Assembly: GCA_963710605.1 (NCBI GenBank)
Contig: CAVQBA010000002.1
Span: 1 to 64,000, forward strand
Origin: an uncultured cyanobacterium
GTDB lineage: Bacteria; Cyanobacteriota; Cyanobacteriia; Cyanobacteriales; Cyanobacteriaceae
Reading direction: 5' to 3'
DNA: 64,000 nucleotides
Position 1 is the first letter of the stretch. Each line of letters opens with the position of its first letter. A model generated the notes under the pieces. The model saw only the letters and a program-made list of their open reading frames with translations, had not been told where the DNA came from and did not search any database. The position numbers and the translations under genes are program-made. Below are positions 52,024 through 62,842 of the stretch, in pieces.

Positions 52024-52244
52024 GTAATATTCCTATATTAAAACCAAGAGAAGTCGTCAGGATATTAGAAAATCTCGGATTTGTAGAAGTACGACAAAAA
52101 GGTTCACATAAACAGTTTCGCCATGAAGATGGAAGGGGAACTACAATTCCATTTCACAAAGGGCGTGACATATCACCTCGACTACTGAAGCAGATTGCTA
52201 GTGATATTGGTTTAAGCGTTGAAGAATTGTTGGAATGGCGATAA
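52020..52244 (+). CDS. HicA-family toxin
   Basis: GFVEVRQKGSHKQFRH..TIPFH; overlaps the hicB stop. Confidence 0.88.
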   Translation: MSNIPILKPREVVRILENLGFVEVRQKGSHKQFRHEDGRGTTIPFHKGRDISPRLLKQIASDIGLSVEELLEWR

Positions 52245-52380
52245 AATCAGAAAGATACGATTAGTTAAATTTAAATATTTGTATTCAAGCAATCGACAAT
52301 TTATATCTTCGATAATCTCTCCTCTCCGATCGTGATAAAATACCTCTGAGAGATTACGCACTTTGCAGAAAAAAAAATAA

Positions 52381-54651
52381 ATGAGCAACGCACCTTTTAG
52401 CCCCGAAGAAATCGCCGCAGAAGGAATTAAACCAGAAGAATACGAAGATATTGTCCAAAGATTAGGCAGACACCCGAACAAAGCTGAGTTAGGGATGTTT
52501 GGGGTAATGTGGTCGGAGCATTGTTGTTATAAAAATTCTCGTCCTTTGCTCTCGCAGTTTCCTACTAAAGGCGATCGAGTATTAGTAGGGCCGGGAGAAA
52601 ATGCAGGGGTAGTCGATTTTGGTGATGGGTTACGGGTAGCGTTCAAAATTGAGTCTCATAATCATCCTAGTGCGATCGAACCATTTCAGGGAGCGGCTAC
52701 AGGAGTTGGCGGTATCTTAAGAGATATTTTTACTATGGGTGCAAGACCGATCGCAATCCTTAATTCTCTGCGTTTTGGTAATTTAGATAATCCTCATACA
52801 AAACGTATATTTAAAGGTGTAGTAGAAGGTATAAGTCATTATGGTAATTGCGTCGGGGTCGCCACAGTAGGCGGTGAAGTTTATTTTAATTCGGCTTATA
52901 AAGGTAATCCTTTAGTTAACGCAATGGCGATCGGTTTGATGGAAACTGATGATATTGTAAAATCGGGGGCAGTAGGTATCGGTAATCCCGTTTTATATGT
53001 TGGTTCGACTACAGGTCGTGATGGTATGGGTGGTGCAAGTTTCGCTAGTGCGGAGTTAACTGAAGCATCTATGGACGATCGACCTGCGGTACAAGTAGGA
53101 GATCCTTTCCTTGAGAAATCCTTAATTGAAGCCTGTTTAGAAGCATTTAAAACAGGGGCTGTTGTCGCCGCTCAAGATATGGGTGCGGCAGGTATTACTT
53201 GTTCTACTTCCGAGATGGCGGCTAATGGTGGTGTGGGAGTTGAGTTAGATTTAGATAAAATACCCGCACGGGAAACAGGGATGATACCTTACGAGTATCT
53301 CCTTTCTGAATCTCAAGAAAGAATGCTTTTTGTTGCCGACAAAGGTAGAGAGCAAGAATTAATTGATATTTTTGAAAAATGGGGACTCCATGCTGTAGTT
53401 GCAGGGCAAGTAGTCAAAGAGCCGATCGTTCGTATCTTTCATCAAGGAAAAATAGCCGCCGAAGTACCTTCTACCGCCTTAGCTGATAATACCCCTATTT
53501 ATCATCACGAATTAATGTCAGAACCTCCTGAATATGCTACAACTGCATGGGCGTGGAAAGAAGAAGATTTACCTACTTGTAACGATGATAATATTTTAGG
53601 ACAAAAATGGTCTGATATTCTCTTAACTCTCCTTGATACGCCAACAATAGGTTCTAAAAGATGGATTTATCGTCAATACGACCACCAAGTCCAAAATAAT
53701 ACGGTTGTAATGCCGGGGGGAGCAGATGCGGCGATCGTTAGAGTTCGCCCTGTTAATGGTAAACCAGCTTTGGCAACGACAGGAATTGCGGCAACAACTG
53801 ATTGCAATCCTCGTTATGTTTATTTAGAACCTAAGTTAGGGGCAAAACTAGCTGTAGCCGAAGCGGCTCGTAACTTAAGTTGTGTCGGGGCTGAGCCGAT
53901 CGCAATTACCGATAATTTGAATTTTGGTAGTCCTGAAAAACCTGTGGGTTATTGGCAGTTACATAATGCTTGTGAAGGTATCTCTGAGGCTTGTCGAGAG
54001 TTTAATACTCCTGTGACGGGTGGTAATGTTTCTCTTTACAACGAGACTGTTGATAGTGATGGTAATCCGCAACCTATTTATCCTACTCCTGTAATTGGTA
54101 TGGTGGGTATTGTTCCCGATATTAGTCAAGTTGTGGGGCAAGGTTGGCAAGATGAAGGGGATTTAATTTATATTTTGGGTAAGTTTACTCCTTCTCTTGG
54201 TGCGTCGGAGTATTTAGTAACTATTCATGATACGATCGCAGGGAAACCTCCTGAGTTAGATTACGAGCTAGAAAAATCAGTACAAAATGCTTGTCGTCAG
54301 GGTATTCGTGACGGGTTAGTCAAATCGGCTCATGATTGTGCAGAAGGTGGTGTTGCTGTTGCCTTAGCTGAGTCTTGTATTGGTGGTAAGTTAGGCTGTG
54401 AGGTTAGTTTACCTGTTGGCGATATGCGTTTGGATACGGCTTTATTCGGTGAGTTGGCGAGTTTAATTGTGGTTTCTGTATCTGCTGAAAATCGATCGAA
54501 GTGGGAGAGTTTTCTAGATGAGAATTTAGCTGGTAGTTATCAACAAATTGGTGTTGTTAAAAATGATTGTTTGGTAATTGATGATGTTGTTAATGTATCG
54601 GTTGCACAGATGACTGATAATTGGGAAAATGCGATCGATCGAAGATTATAA
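52381..54651 (+). CDS. purL: Phosphoribosylformylglycinamidine synthase subunit PurL
   Basis: [38 protein letters not shown]. Confidence 0.97.
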   Translation: MSNAPFSPEEIAAEGIKPEEYEDIVQRLGRHPNKAELGMFGVMWSEHCCYKNSRPLLSQFPTKGDRVLVGPGENAGVVDFGDGLRVAFKIESHNHPSAIEPFQGAATGVGGILRDIFTMGARPIAILNSLRFGNLDNPHTKRIFKGVVEGISHYGNCVGVATVGGEVYFNSAYKGNPLVNAMAIGLMETDDIVKSGAVGIGNPVLYVGSTTGRDGMGGASFASAELTEASMDDRPAVQVGDPFLEKSLIEACLEAFKTGAVVAAQDMGAAGITCSTSEMAANGGVGVELDLDKIPARETGMIPYEYLLSESQERMLFVADKGREQELIDIFEKWGLHAVVAGQVVKEPIVRIFHQGKIAAEVPSTALADNTPIYHHELMSEPPEYATTAWAWKEEDLPTCNDDNILGQKWSDILLTLLDTPTIGSKRWIYRQYDHQVQNNTVVMPGGADAAIVRVRPVNGKPALATTGIAATTDCNPRYVYLEPKLGAKLAVAEAARNLSCVGAEPIAITDNLNFGSPEKPVGYWQLHNACEGISEACREFNTPVTGGNVSLYNETVDSDGNPQPIYPTPVIGMVGIVPDISQVVGQGWQDEGDLIYILGKFTPSLGASEYLVTIHDTIAGKPPELDYELEKSVQNACRQGIRDGLVKSAHDCAEGGVAVALAESCIGGKLGCEVSLPVGDMRLDTALFGELASLIVVSVSAENRSKWESFLDENLAGSYQQIGVVKNDCLVIDDVVNVSVAQMTDNWENAIDRRL

Positions 54652-54813
54652 ACCCCTTGTCTATATCAGGATTAAGAGGATTAAAGGATTGCAGGATTTT
54701 TGATTAAAAGTTAATTATTAATGTATTTCTAACTTTTATAAGATTAAACTTACGATCGTGTTAGTGTTACAATCTATCATTTTTATGAGATATATAAATT
54801 CCAATAGCTGTTC

Positions 54814-55086
54814 CTAGATTGATAATAGCTGATAAAGTAATACTGAAAGAGGTACTAATATAATAAAACCTAAAGCAAATACAGCAGGTCCACCATCTAT
54901 TGTACTTAAGATAAAGCCAACCAAGCAAAAAACAACAAATAATATCAGGATAGACGAGATTATTTGAATTAGAAACATTCGGAAAATTCCTCGTTTACCC
55001 TTTTTTTTAAAAGCTTTAAGTTGTGCTTCTCGAAAAAAAATTGAAATGAGAATAGATGAAAATATAAAAAAAAGCAAGTATTCCAT
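54814..55086 (-). CDS. Small hydrophobic hypothetical protein
   Basis: 90-aa ORF with about 3 TM segments; no recognised motif. Confidence 0.45.
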   Translation of the reverse strand: MEYLLFFIFSSILISIFFREAQLKAFKKKGKRGIFRMFLIQIISSILILFVVFCLVGFILSTIDGGPAVFALGFIILVPLSVLLYQLLSI

Positions 55087-55146
55087 TTAATTATATTTAA
55101 ACTAATAAAATTTGTATATTAAACATGATAGTGTTGGGTATTAAAA

Positions 55147-55322
55147 ATGCCAACCAATGAATAATTAAAGGGGCTTTATCAAATTTGTTATTATTTAACT
55201 TATAAAGTTTTCAACCTATTCGTCTTGTCTGTATTGATGAGAGAACAAATAATCTTTTCGTTTTAGCAGGTGATGATGATGAAATTGAACTAGAGATTAC
55301 AGCAATAGAAGAAGTTATCTAA
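55147..55322 (+). pseudogene. DUF6888-like small protein with a premature stop at codon 6
   Basis: MPTNE*LKGLYQICYYLT..FQPIRLVCIDERTNNLFVLAG..EIELEI. Family recognised from memory. Confidence 0.55.
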
Positions 55323-55492
55323 TGAGACAGACTAATTATTCTAGTATGTCAGATCAAGAACTAAGAGAATACTTTTTAGTAAATAAATACGATCAATCGG
55401 CTTTACAAGCTTATTTAGCAAGACGAAATAGTAAGCCAAGAAAAGTTATTACTAGAATTGATGATATTGATTTTGATTTAAAAATAGAATAG
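55322..55492 (+). CDS. DUF6887-like small protein
   Basis: NYSSMSDQELREYFL..DQSALQAYL; translationally coupled to the upstream ORF (TAATG). Confidence 0.55.
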   Translation: MRQTNYSSMSDQELREYFLVNKYDQSALQAYLARRNSKPRKVITRIDDIDFDLKIE

Positions 55493-55534
55493 GCAATATC
55501 AGCAAAGTTAAAAAAATTCATTAAAATACGAAAA

Positions 55535-55783
55535 ATGAAGAAAAAGCAAGAAATTATTTTAGAAGAACAAGAATGGCTTAAAATTCAGGCAATAGCGAAT
55601 AACTTTGGACTATCAATCTCAGAATTTTTAACTCAATTAAGCTCACAAAAGTTATTAGTAGTCAATGCTGATTTAGAAGAAGATAAGTTAGATTTAGAAG
55701 AAGCCTTAACTGTCTTAAAACAAGCACAAGAAGAAGGAGAAGAAGCTATGTTGTGGTCAGATTTTGAAAAAGAACTTGTTTGA
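55535..55783 (+). CDS. Putative antitoxin
   Basis: Acidic small protein ending WSDFEKELV, directly upstream of a RelE-like gene. Confidence 0.65.
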   Translation: MKKKQEIILEEQEWLKIQAIANNFGLSISEFLTQLSSQKLLVVNADLEEDKLDLEEALTVLKQAQEEGEEAMLWSDFEKELV

Positions 55784-55785
55784 GA

Positions 55786-56049
55786 ATGAAATATGAAATT
55801 AGAATTTTAAGTAAAGCTCGTCGTCAAATTAAAAAATTGCCAAAATTAGTGCAAAGCGATCTTAAAAATACTATTCGTAACTTAGCACAAAATCCTCGCT
55901 CCTCAGGAGTTAAAAAGTTATCAGGTAATTACGATTTATATCGAGCTAGAATGGGTAATTACCGTATTATTTATGAAATTAAAGACGATGTTTTGATTAT
56001 CGTAATCGTCTTAGTCGGACATCGTAAACAAATTTACCGAGATTTATAA
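55786..56049 (+). CDS. RelE/ParE family toxin
   Basis: ARRQIKKL..NPRSSGVKKL..YRARMGNYRIIY..VGHRKQIY. Confidence 0.88.
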   Translation: MKYEIRILSKARRQIKKLPKLVQSDLKNTIRNLAQNPRSSGVKKLSGNYDLYRARMGNYRIIYEIKDDVLIIVIVLVGHRKQIYRDL

Positions 56050-56176
56050 TATTAATAATATTAAGGAAGTTATTCCTATGTCAAGAATGTTAATTTGATT
56101 AAAGAAAAAACGATCAACCGTAGGCTGGTGCTGCGCGATCGCCATCGTACCATAAATTGTATTTATTTTATTTTTG

Positions 56177-56207
56177 TTAACCGTAGGGGTTGAACATTGT
56201 TCAACCC
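56177..56207 (+). repeat. REP, left arm of a perfect 31-bp inverted pair
   Basis: TTAACCGTAGGGGTTGAACATTGTTCAACCC. Confidence 0.85.
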
Positions 56208-56243
56208 ACAAGAATGGTTCAAGATTATCGAATCAATCACATC

Positions 56244-57065
56244 TCATCGACGCTTATCTCGATATTTGTATATTTCATACAACATTAAACTACCCGCTAC
56301 AGCTAAATTCAAAGAATCGCTATTTCCTACCATCGGAATCCGAATTAAACGATTGCACAAGGCTTTTTGTCGATCGCTTAAACCTTTACGCTCTTCTCCT
56401 AGAAAAAGAATGGTAGAACGAGGATATTTAAAATGATGAAAGTCAACCTCAGCCTCTGGTGAAGCCGCTATTACTTCCATATTACGACGACGTATCCAAT
56501 GAGCTAAAGAAGAATAACTCGTACGAATCAGTTGTTGATGAAATAAAGCTCCCATTGTGGCTCGAATTACATCATAATGATAGGGATCGATCGTTTTACC
56601 GATTAAAATAAAACCATTACCACCGATCGCTTCTGAAGTACGTATTAATGTACCGAGATTCCCACTATTACGAACTTTTTCTAAAGCAACCCAACATAAT
56701 CCTGAGTTACCTGCAAGATGATGTAATTTAGTCCACTTTTGTTTGACGATAGCGGCAATACCAGACGCTTTTTCTTTAAGAGAAATACGACGAAATTGTT
56801 CTGGTGTTAGTTTAACTGTATCAATACCACTACGTCTTAATTTACGAACTACTTGACGTGCGGGTGGTACGATTAAGAGTTTTTCACTGTATAGAATAGT
56901 GACAATTTCAAAATCGTTTTGAGCGACTTGAAGAAAGTTACGGACACCTTCAAGATAAAAGAGGTTTTGTTCGTCACGATAGACACGACTTTTTTGGAGT
57001 TTACAGACTTGGGTTAACACCTCTTCAATTGTTAACCGATGACGATCGATTTTAGCATCGACCAT
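56244..57065 (-). CDS. TrmH/SpoU family RNA methyltransferase
   Basis: NSGNLGTLIRT, LGEERKGL, IPM..DSLNLAVA. Confidence 0.9.
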   Translation of the reverse strand: MVDAKIDRHRLTIEEVLTQVCKLQKSRVYRDEQNLFYLEGVRNFLQVAQNDFEIVTILYSEKLLIVPPARQVVRKLRRSGIDTVKLTPEQFRRISLKEKASGIAAIVKQKWTKLHHLAGNSGLCWVALEKVRNSGNLGTLIRTSEAIGGNGFILIGKTIDPYHYDVIRATMGALFHQQLIRTSYSSLAHWIRRRNMEVIAASPEAEVDFHHFKYPRSTILFLGEERKGLSDRQKALCNRLIRIPMVGNSDSLNLAVAGSLMLYEIYKYRDKRR

Positions 57066-57242
57066 CCTCCCTAAGAGTTAATTCACTCTTTACGAATTGT
57101 TTAAACATGAATATAAATGACTTAACGCATTGGTTTGTTTATATCTAGTTAATTGTAGCTTAAATAACGATCGACTGTATAACATGAGGAAGTACTGATT
57201 TTGTAGCGATAAAATTAATATATTAGCAGGAGTATTTAAGTC

Positions 57243-57428
57243 ATGAATAAATATAGAACATTAGAAGAAATAACGGAAGAATATTTAATAAATCATCCCG
57301 AAGAAATCGATGACTTTTTAACTGAAAGTTTTGCTGAATATGCTAATGATGGAGACAGTGCAGTTTTACTTTCTCAATTACGAATCATTGTTCGTGTTAA
57401 AGGTATCTCTTCGTTTCTAAAATATTAG
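57243..57428 (+). pseudogene. Truncated addiction-module antidote protein
   Basis: EEYL..PEEIDDFL..LLSQLRIIVRVKG; the ORF stops before the HTH. Confidence 0.55.
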
Positions 57429-57462
57429 CTTGAAAATTAATTTTATCGCCATCAAAGAAGAA

Positions 57463-57493
57463 GGGTTGAACAATGTTCAACCCCTACGGTTAA
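57463..57493 (-). repeat. REP, right arm of the perfect 31-bp inverted pair
   Basis: GGGTTGAACAATGTTCAACCCCTACGGTTAA is the exact reverse complement of 56177-56207. Confidence 0.85.
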
Positions 57494-57587
57494 AATATTA
57501 TAATTAACGATCGTTATTCAATGTCTGTTGGTATTTGCTCATCGTCTATATACGATCGAATTTTTGGCTTAAAAATAATCAAATCAA

Positions 57588-58043
57588 TTACGAATTACTA
57601 CTATCAAATCGAGGAAAAACAGGGCTAGTATAACCTGTCGCTTTAAATTGTTTTAACTTTAAAGGAGTAGGCTGATTTGAAGGTACACTAATTCTTAATT
57701 CAAACCCATTAACTCCCGGAGGTACTTCGGCGATCGAACCTAATCTGCTACGATTTTGTAAAGCTGGTTCGTTATTTGCATCAAGTACACGACCAAAAAC
57801 GTCTGCATCATATACTGTTTTACTTGAAGTATTATTCGTGTTTCCTGTCACTAAAAAACAACTTGCAGGTAATGCACTACCGCCACTAGTTACACTGTTT
57901 TCACCCATACCAGCAGGGCATTCTTTATAATCCACATCGGTAATCTTTATCTGTACAGCCGCCTCGGCAGACGGTGGTAAAATTAAGCTACTTAAAAACA
58001 TGAGAATGGTAACAAAACCGATCGTCAAAATACGTTTGAACAT
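57588..58043 (-). CDS. Conserved cyanobacterial exported protein
   Basis: Signal peptide (..PPSAEA) and YDADVFGRVLDAN, LKLKQFKATG motifs. Confidence 0.7.
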   Translation of the reverse strand: MFKRILTIGFVTILMFLSSLILPPSAEAAVQIKITDVDYKECPAGMGENSVTSGGSALPASCFLVTGNTNNTSSKTVYDADVFGRVLDANNEPALQNRSRLGSIAEVPPGVNGFELRISVPSNQPTPLKLKQFKATGYTSPVFPRFDSSNS

Positions 58044-58196
58044 AGATAATAAATTCCTATAGTATCGATATTCTAATTTTATCTGTAAAGGGAAGTTAAA
58101 CAATTAATAATTGATAATTATCTCTACATTAAGCAAATAAAGCTTTTGATTTCTTTTTTCAATGAGTTTTATGGTTGTATGTGCTATTGTCTTTAG

Positions 58197-58733
58197 TTAT
58201 TTTAAATCGAGTAAACCTTCTTCTTTTAATTTAGGATTAAAACGCATATTCATTGTAACTCCTCGATCGTGTAATTTTTGTTTGATTGTTTCTTCTACTC
58301 TTCTGGCTGATTTTTTGAGGATTTTACTTTGATGTAATTCGTCTTCTTGCTCATATTTTTCTTTTTCTTCCTCCGTCATTTGCCCTCTAGTATCGATCGG
58401 TTGTGTCCATTCTTTTTGCTCTAATTCGCTAGGTAATAAACCTTCATTTTCGGCTAACCAATCGTTACGAATTCCTTCTAAAAGCGATCGACTAGGGCGT
58501 TCAATAATATGTGCTTTAAACCAATAACATTGATCTACTTTTCTCATTAAATGTTGTTGCAAACTTTTAAATAAATTACGAGTATAGCCGATATACTGTA
58601 TTTTTTTATCTTGATCGTAAATTGCATAAATAGCTATTTTTCCTTCTAAATCAGAATCTATTTCTCCTTCATTATTAAGGTAAGAATTATAATCTATATC
58701 TTTTAAATAAATTTTTTCTTCGGTAGTTATCAT
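58197..58733 (-). CDS. GIY-YIG domain protein
   Basis: IAIYAIYD..QYIGYTR motif. Confidence 0.78.
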   Translation of the reverse strand: MITTEEKIYLKDIDYNSYLNNEGEIDSDLEGKIAIYAIYDQDKKIQYIGYTRNLFKSLQQHLMRKVDQCYWFKAHIIERPSRSLLEGIRNDWLAENEGLLPSELEQKEWTQPIDTRGQMTEEEKEKYEQEDELHQSKILKKSARRVEETIKQKLHDRGVTMNMRFNPKLKEEGLLDLK

Positions 58734-59130
58734 CTGTGTCTATGGTATAGATAATTTAAGCGTGGATAATTAATCATCAAAAAACGATCGTCAATAGTAT
58801 AGTATTTGTTAGATTGATTAGCTAATTTAATTAAAGATTGGCTATCACTACGATTTCTTTTTTAACTACTTATCGATCGTCTATTTATGAAATTTGGGCA
58901 TAACCAAAAATTATTGACCACGATTCAAATTACCATTAATTCTATACCTAACCCACTAGTTTTCAATAAAAATTAACAGAAGTAACGCCTATTATTAATT
59001 AAGTAATAGAAAGTAAGTAAATCATCGTGTTAATGAAAAATTATCAGAAGAAAGAGTATTTATTTAAGACAATCGTCTTGTAATAAATAATGAAGGTGCA
59101 AGCAGACAAACTCCGACGATGGAATATTTT

Positions 59131-59505
59131 TTAATCAACAATCCCGACTTGAATTCTCTCATCTACAATTTGGATTGGATAAGTCGGAATTGTTACCTCA
59201 GCGTTATCTAAACATTCTCCTGTAGCTAAATTAAAATTTTGTTTATAGATAGGAGAAGCTACTTTAACAATACCTTGTCGATCGCCTAAAATACCTCTAG
59301 ACAAGACATTTGCCTTACTAAAGGGGTCATAATTACTTAAAGCATAAATTTTATCTTCATTATTTATTTGTACCCGAAAAATAGCTACTTGTTCGCCTTT
59401 GACTAAAGCACATACTCCTGTATTAGGGAAAATGTCTGCTACTGCACAAATGTCAATCCACTCGCTGACTTCATTTTGATTTGTAATCGGTAATGTTTGA
59501 ACCAT
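59131..59505 (-). CDS. nirD: NADH-dependent nitrite reductase small subunit
   Basis: VAIFR..SNYDPFSKANVLSRG..VASPIYKQNF. Confidence 0.9.
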   Translation of the reverse strand: MVQTLPITNQNEVSEWIDICAVADIFPNTGVCALVKGEQVAIFRVQINNEDKIYALSNYDPFSKANVLSRGILGDRQGIVKVASPIYKQNFNLATGECLDNAEVTIPTYPIQIVDERIQVGIVD

Positions 59506-59534
59506 GATAATAGTTGATAGTTGATAGTTAAATT

Positions 59535-59632
59535 CCCCTCCTTCGCAAGGAGGGGTTAGGGGTGGTTTTTCTCTTAATAGAGGGGCTAGAGGAGGTTATT
59601 TATTGGTGGGTTGAATTATATTAAACCCCTAC
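59535..59632. repeat. Intercistronic palindromes (CCCCTCCTT-CGC-AAGGAGGGG; GTAG-REP at 59608-59632)
   Basis: Visible hairpins between nirB and nirD. Confidence 0.6.
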
Positions 59633-59650
59633 GTTGTTGGGTGCGATCGG

Positions 59651-62203
59651 TTATTGGTTACTTGTTAAAAGCACTTTTTCCGCTTCCGTTGCAGGGCGTT
59701 TTTGGTCACGCTCTTGTACGTATGCTAAATTAGAATCAACTCCGTCGGTGTTAATAAAGCTACGGAATAATTTTAATTTTTCAGGATTTTCGATCGCCGC
59801 TTTCCATTCACATTCATAGGTATTGACTAAATGCTCCATCTGTGCTTCTAGTTCATCACAAATACCTAAAGAATCTTCGATAATTACTTCTTTTAGATAA
59901 TCCATACCACCTTCTAATTTATTGAACCATGTAGCTGTTCTTTCTAGTTTGTCGGCGGTGCGGATATAGAAAATTAAAAATCGATCGATATATTTAATTA
60001 CAGTTTCTTTATCGATATCCGATGCAAATAACATAGCGTGTTGTGGTCTCGTCCCACCATTACCACATAGATACAAATTCCAACCGTTTTCGGTGGCAAT
60101 GATACCAAAGTCTTTACTTTGAGCTTCCGCACATTCACGGGTACAACCAGATACCGCTGATTTTAATTTGTGAGGGGCACGAATACCACGATAACGTAAC
60201 TCAACTTCGATCGCAAAAGCAACCGAATCTTGTACGCCATAACGACACCAAGTACTACCAACACATGATTTTACCGTTCTAAGGGCTTTACCGTAAGCAT
60301 GACCCGACTCAAAACCTGCTTCGATTAATTTTTTCCAAATATGTGGTAATTGGTCTAATCTTGCCCCAAAAAGGTCAACTCGTTGAGCCCCTGTAATTTT
60401 AGTATAAAGATCGAATTCTTGAGCAATTTGTCCTAAAACGATTAATTTATCAGGAGTAATTTCGCCACCTGGTACGCGAGGAATAACTGAATAAGTACCG
60501 TCTTTTTGGGTGTTAGCTAAAAATCGATCGTTAGTATCTTGCAATCCCGCATGAGTTGGTTCTAAAATATGCTCATTCCATGTTGCCGCTAACATTGAAG
60601 TAACAGCAGGTTTACAAACTTCACAACCCAAACCAGTACCAAATTGAGCGATTAAATCGCCGAAGGTTTTGATTTTGTGGAAACGAACTAAATGATATAA
60701 TTCTTGACGAGAATAGGCAAAATGTTCGCAAAGGTGGTTTTTCACCGTTAAGCCCATTTTCTTCATCTCAGATTTCATGATATCAGTGACAAGAGGCACA
60801 CAACCGCCACAACCCGTGCCTGCTGAAGTACATTGTTTGATGCTACCAATATCAGTTAATTCTTGCTCGTGAATGGCGGTAACTAAATCTTGTTTGGCGA
60901 CGCTGTTACAAGAACAAATTTGAGCGGTATCGGGTAAACTATCTACACCCATACCTGCGGATGCACTCTTGGTTTCGCCTTCTCTTGGTGGCAGTAATAA
61001 GTCTTCAGGATGAGGAGGTAAAGCGATATTGTTTTGCACAAATTGTAGAAGTGTACCGTAATCATCGGCATCTCCTACTAAAATACCACCTAATAAACGA
61101 GTACCATCTTCATTAAGCACTAATTTCTTGTAAATACCTTTAACCGAATCATTAACAGCAATTTCTTTTGCACCTTCAGTCACACCAAAGTTATCGCCAA
61201 AACTAGCAACGTCAACACCTAAAAGTTTTAACTTGGTTGACATATCCGCACCAGCAAAGCTACTTTCTCCCGATTTAGTTAAAGCATCTACTGCCACACT
61301 AGCCATGTTATAACCAGGGGCAACCAAACCATAAATACGATTGTCATATAAAGCACATTCACCGATCGCATAAATGTCTTCATCGCTAGTTTGACAATAT
61401 TCGTTAATAACTATACCGCCTCTTTGCCCGATCGCTAAACCACTACTTCTAGCTAACTCATCGCGAGGGCGAATACCCGCAGAAAAGACGATCGTATCTG
61501 TCTGTAATTCTGTACCATCAGCAAAAGTCATTTTGACAACTTTACCGTCTTCGCTGACAATTTCGGTGGTGTTTTTACTAGTATGTACTGTTACGCCTAA
61601 TTCTGCGATTTTATTTTTGAGAATATTACCACCAGCATCATCTATTTGTACGGGCATCAAACGAGGAGCAAATTCGACGACATGAGTTTCTAAACCCATA
61701 TTTTTTAAAGCATTAGCACATTCTAAACCGAGTAAACCACCACCGATGACAACTCCTGTTTTACATTCTTTGGCGTAACTTTCCATCGCTTCTAAATCGT
61801 CAATGGTACGATAAACAAATGTACCTTCTGCATCTTTACCCTTGATTGGAGGGACAAAAGGATAAGAGCCTGTAGCGAGTACTAGTTTATCATATTTAAT
61901 TTCTTTTCCTTGCTCGGAGACGATCGTCTTGGAGTCTCTATTGATGGTGGTTGCTTTATCACCAATATGTACTGTAATATTATTTTCTTCGTAAAAATTA
62001 GGCTCAACTAAGGATAAATCGTCGGCACTTTTACCTGAAAAGTATTCACTTAAATGAACTCTATCGTAGGCTAAACGTGATTCTTCGCAAAATGTAATTA
62101 GATTGTATTGTGAGGAGGTGGCTTGTTTTTTGACCATAAGCTCTAAAAACTTATGACCTACCATTCCATTACCAATTACAACTAGATTTTCTTTATATGT
62201 CAT
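59651..62203 (-). CDS. nirB: NADH-dependent nitrite reductase large subunit
   Basis: FAD/NAD motifs GNGMVG and GGGLLGLE, BFD-type CSC..CGGC, siroheme ligands CVGSTWC and SGCTREC. Confidence 0.93.
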   Translation of the reverse strand: MTYKENLVVIGNGMVGHKFLELMVKKQATSSQYNLITFCEESRLAYDRVHLSEYFSGKSADDLSLVEPNFYEENNITVHIGDKATTINRDSKTIVSEQGKEIKYDKLVLATGSYPFVPPIKGKDAEGTFVYRTIDDLEAMESYAKECKTGVVIGGGLLGLECANALKNMGLETHVVEFAPRLMPVQIDDAGGNILKNKIAELGVTVHTSKNTTEIVSEDGKVVKMTFADGTELQTDTIVFSAGIRPRDELARSSGLAIGQRGGIVINEYCQTSDEDIYAIGECALYDNRIYGLVAPGYNMASVAVDALTKSGESSFAGADMSTKLKLLGVDVASFGDNFGVTEGAKEIAVNDSVKGIYKKLVLNEDGTRLLGGILVGDADDYGTLLQFVQNNIALPPHPEDLLLPPREGETKSASAGMGVDSLPDTAQICSCNSVAKQDLVTAIHEQELTDIGSIKQCTSAGTGCGGCVPLVTDIMKSEMKKMGLTVKNHLCEHFAYSRQELYHLVRFHKIKTFGDLIAQFGTGLGCEVCKPAVTSMLAATWNEHILEPTHAGLQDTNDRFLANTQKDGTYSVIPRVPGGEITPDKLIVLGQIAQEFDLYTKITGAQRVDLFGARLDQLPHIWKKLIEAGFESGHAYGKALRTVKSCVGSTWCRYGVQDSVAFAIEVELRYRGIRAPHKLKSAVSGCTRECAEAQSKDFGIIATENGWNLYLCGNGGTRPQHAMLFASDIDKETVIKYIDRFLIFYIRTADKLERTATWFNKLEGGMDYLKEVIIEDSLGICDELEAQMEHLVNTYECEWKAAIENPEKLKLFRSFINTDGVDSNLAYVQERDQKRPATEAEKVLLTSNQ

Positions 62204-62535
62204 AAGAGCAAATATAATGTATCTAGATTCATTCTATTCATCTTGACTGAAAATGAACCATGTATCTGTCACCACTTATTGATGTAAAACATCGTCTTGA
62301 TGCGATCGTTGCATATATTAGCGATCGCTAACAAAATAATTACCTGTTCTAAATCTATACAATCTATACGCTGTAAAGAGAATAGTGGTAATTACATTAA
62401 AAATAAAAAGTGAGATAATAAGCCGTAAAAGTGTAACGAAATATTAATAGACTTTTGTTATTTAATATTTTTGAATTAGTTTGTAGTGAGGGTTTTAACC
62501 CTCAAGCCTAAGTGATTATTTTCCCCTAAATTTTT

Positions 62536-62803
62536 ATCCCCCTAAATCCCCCGCATGTTCGGGGGACTTACCAACTGTAAGTGTAGTTTTAATTATTGAA
62601 AATGGTACAAGCAAAAAAAAATAAGTATTTTTTATATAAAATAGTTTGGATGTTTTTCTGTAGGGGTGCAAGGTTTGCACCCTTATTTTAGTAATTATTA
62701 GAGATAGCTACTTAAATAAGACCAAATTCAAAATACAAAAAGACAGATAGATCCCCCCAACCCCCACGACGTAGCAATGCTACGTCTCTACAAAGGGAGG
62801 CTT
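62536..62803. repeat. Cluster of short palindromic repeats (62536-62569, REP 62660-62682, nested REP 62768-62791)
   Basis: CCCCCG..CGGGGG hairpin; GTAGGGGTGCAAGGTTTGCACCC; GACGTAGCAATGCTACGTCTCTAC. Confidence 0.6.
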
Positions 62804-62842
62804 ACCATTTTGAGGCGGGTACTTTTTTTGATGGGAAATATT

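Noticed and set aside
62279-62294. FNR-like box upstream of nirB
   Set aside because: Only the TTGAT half-site matches; too weak in AT-rich DNA.
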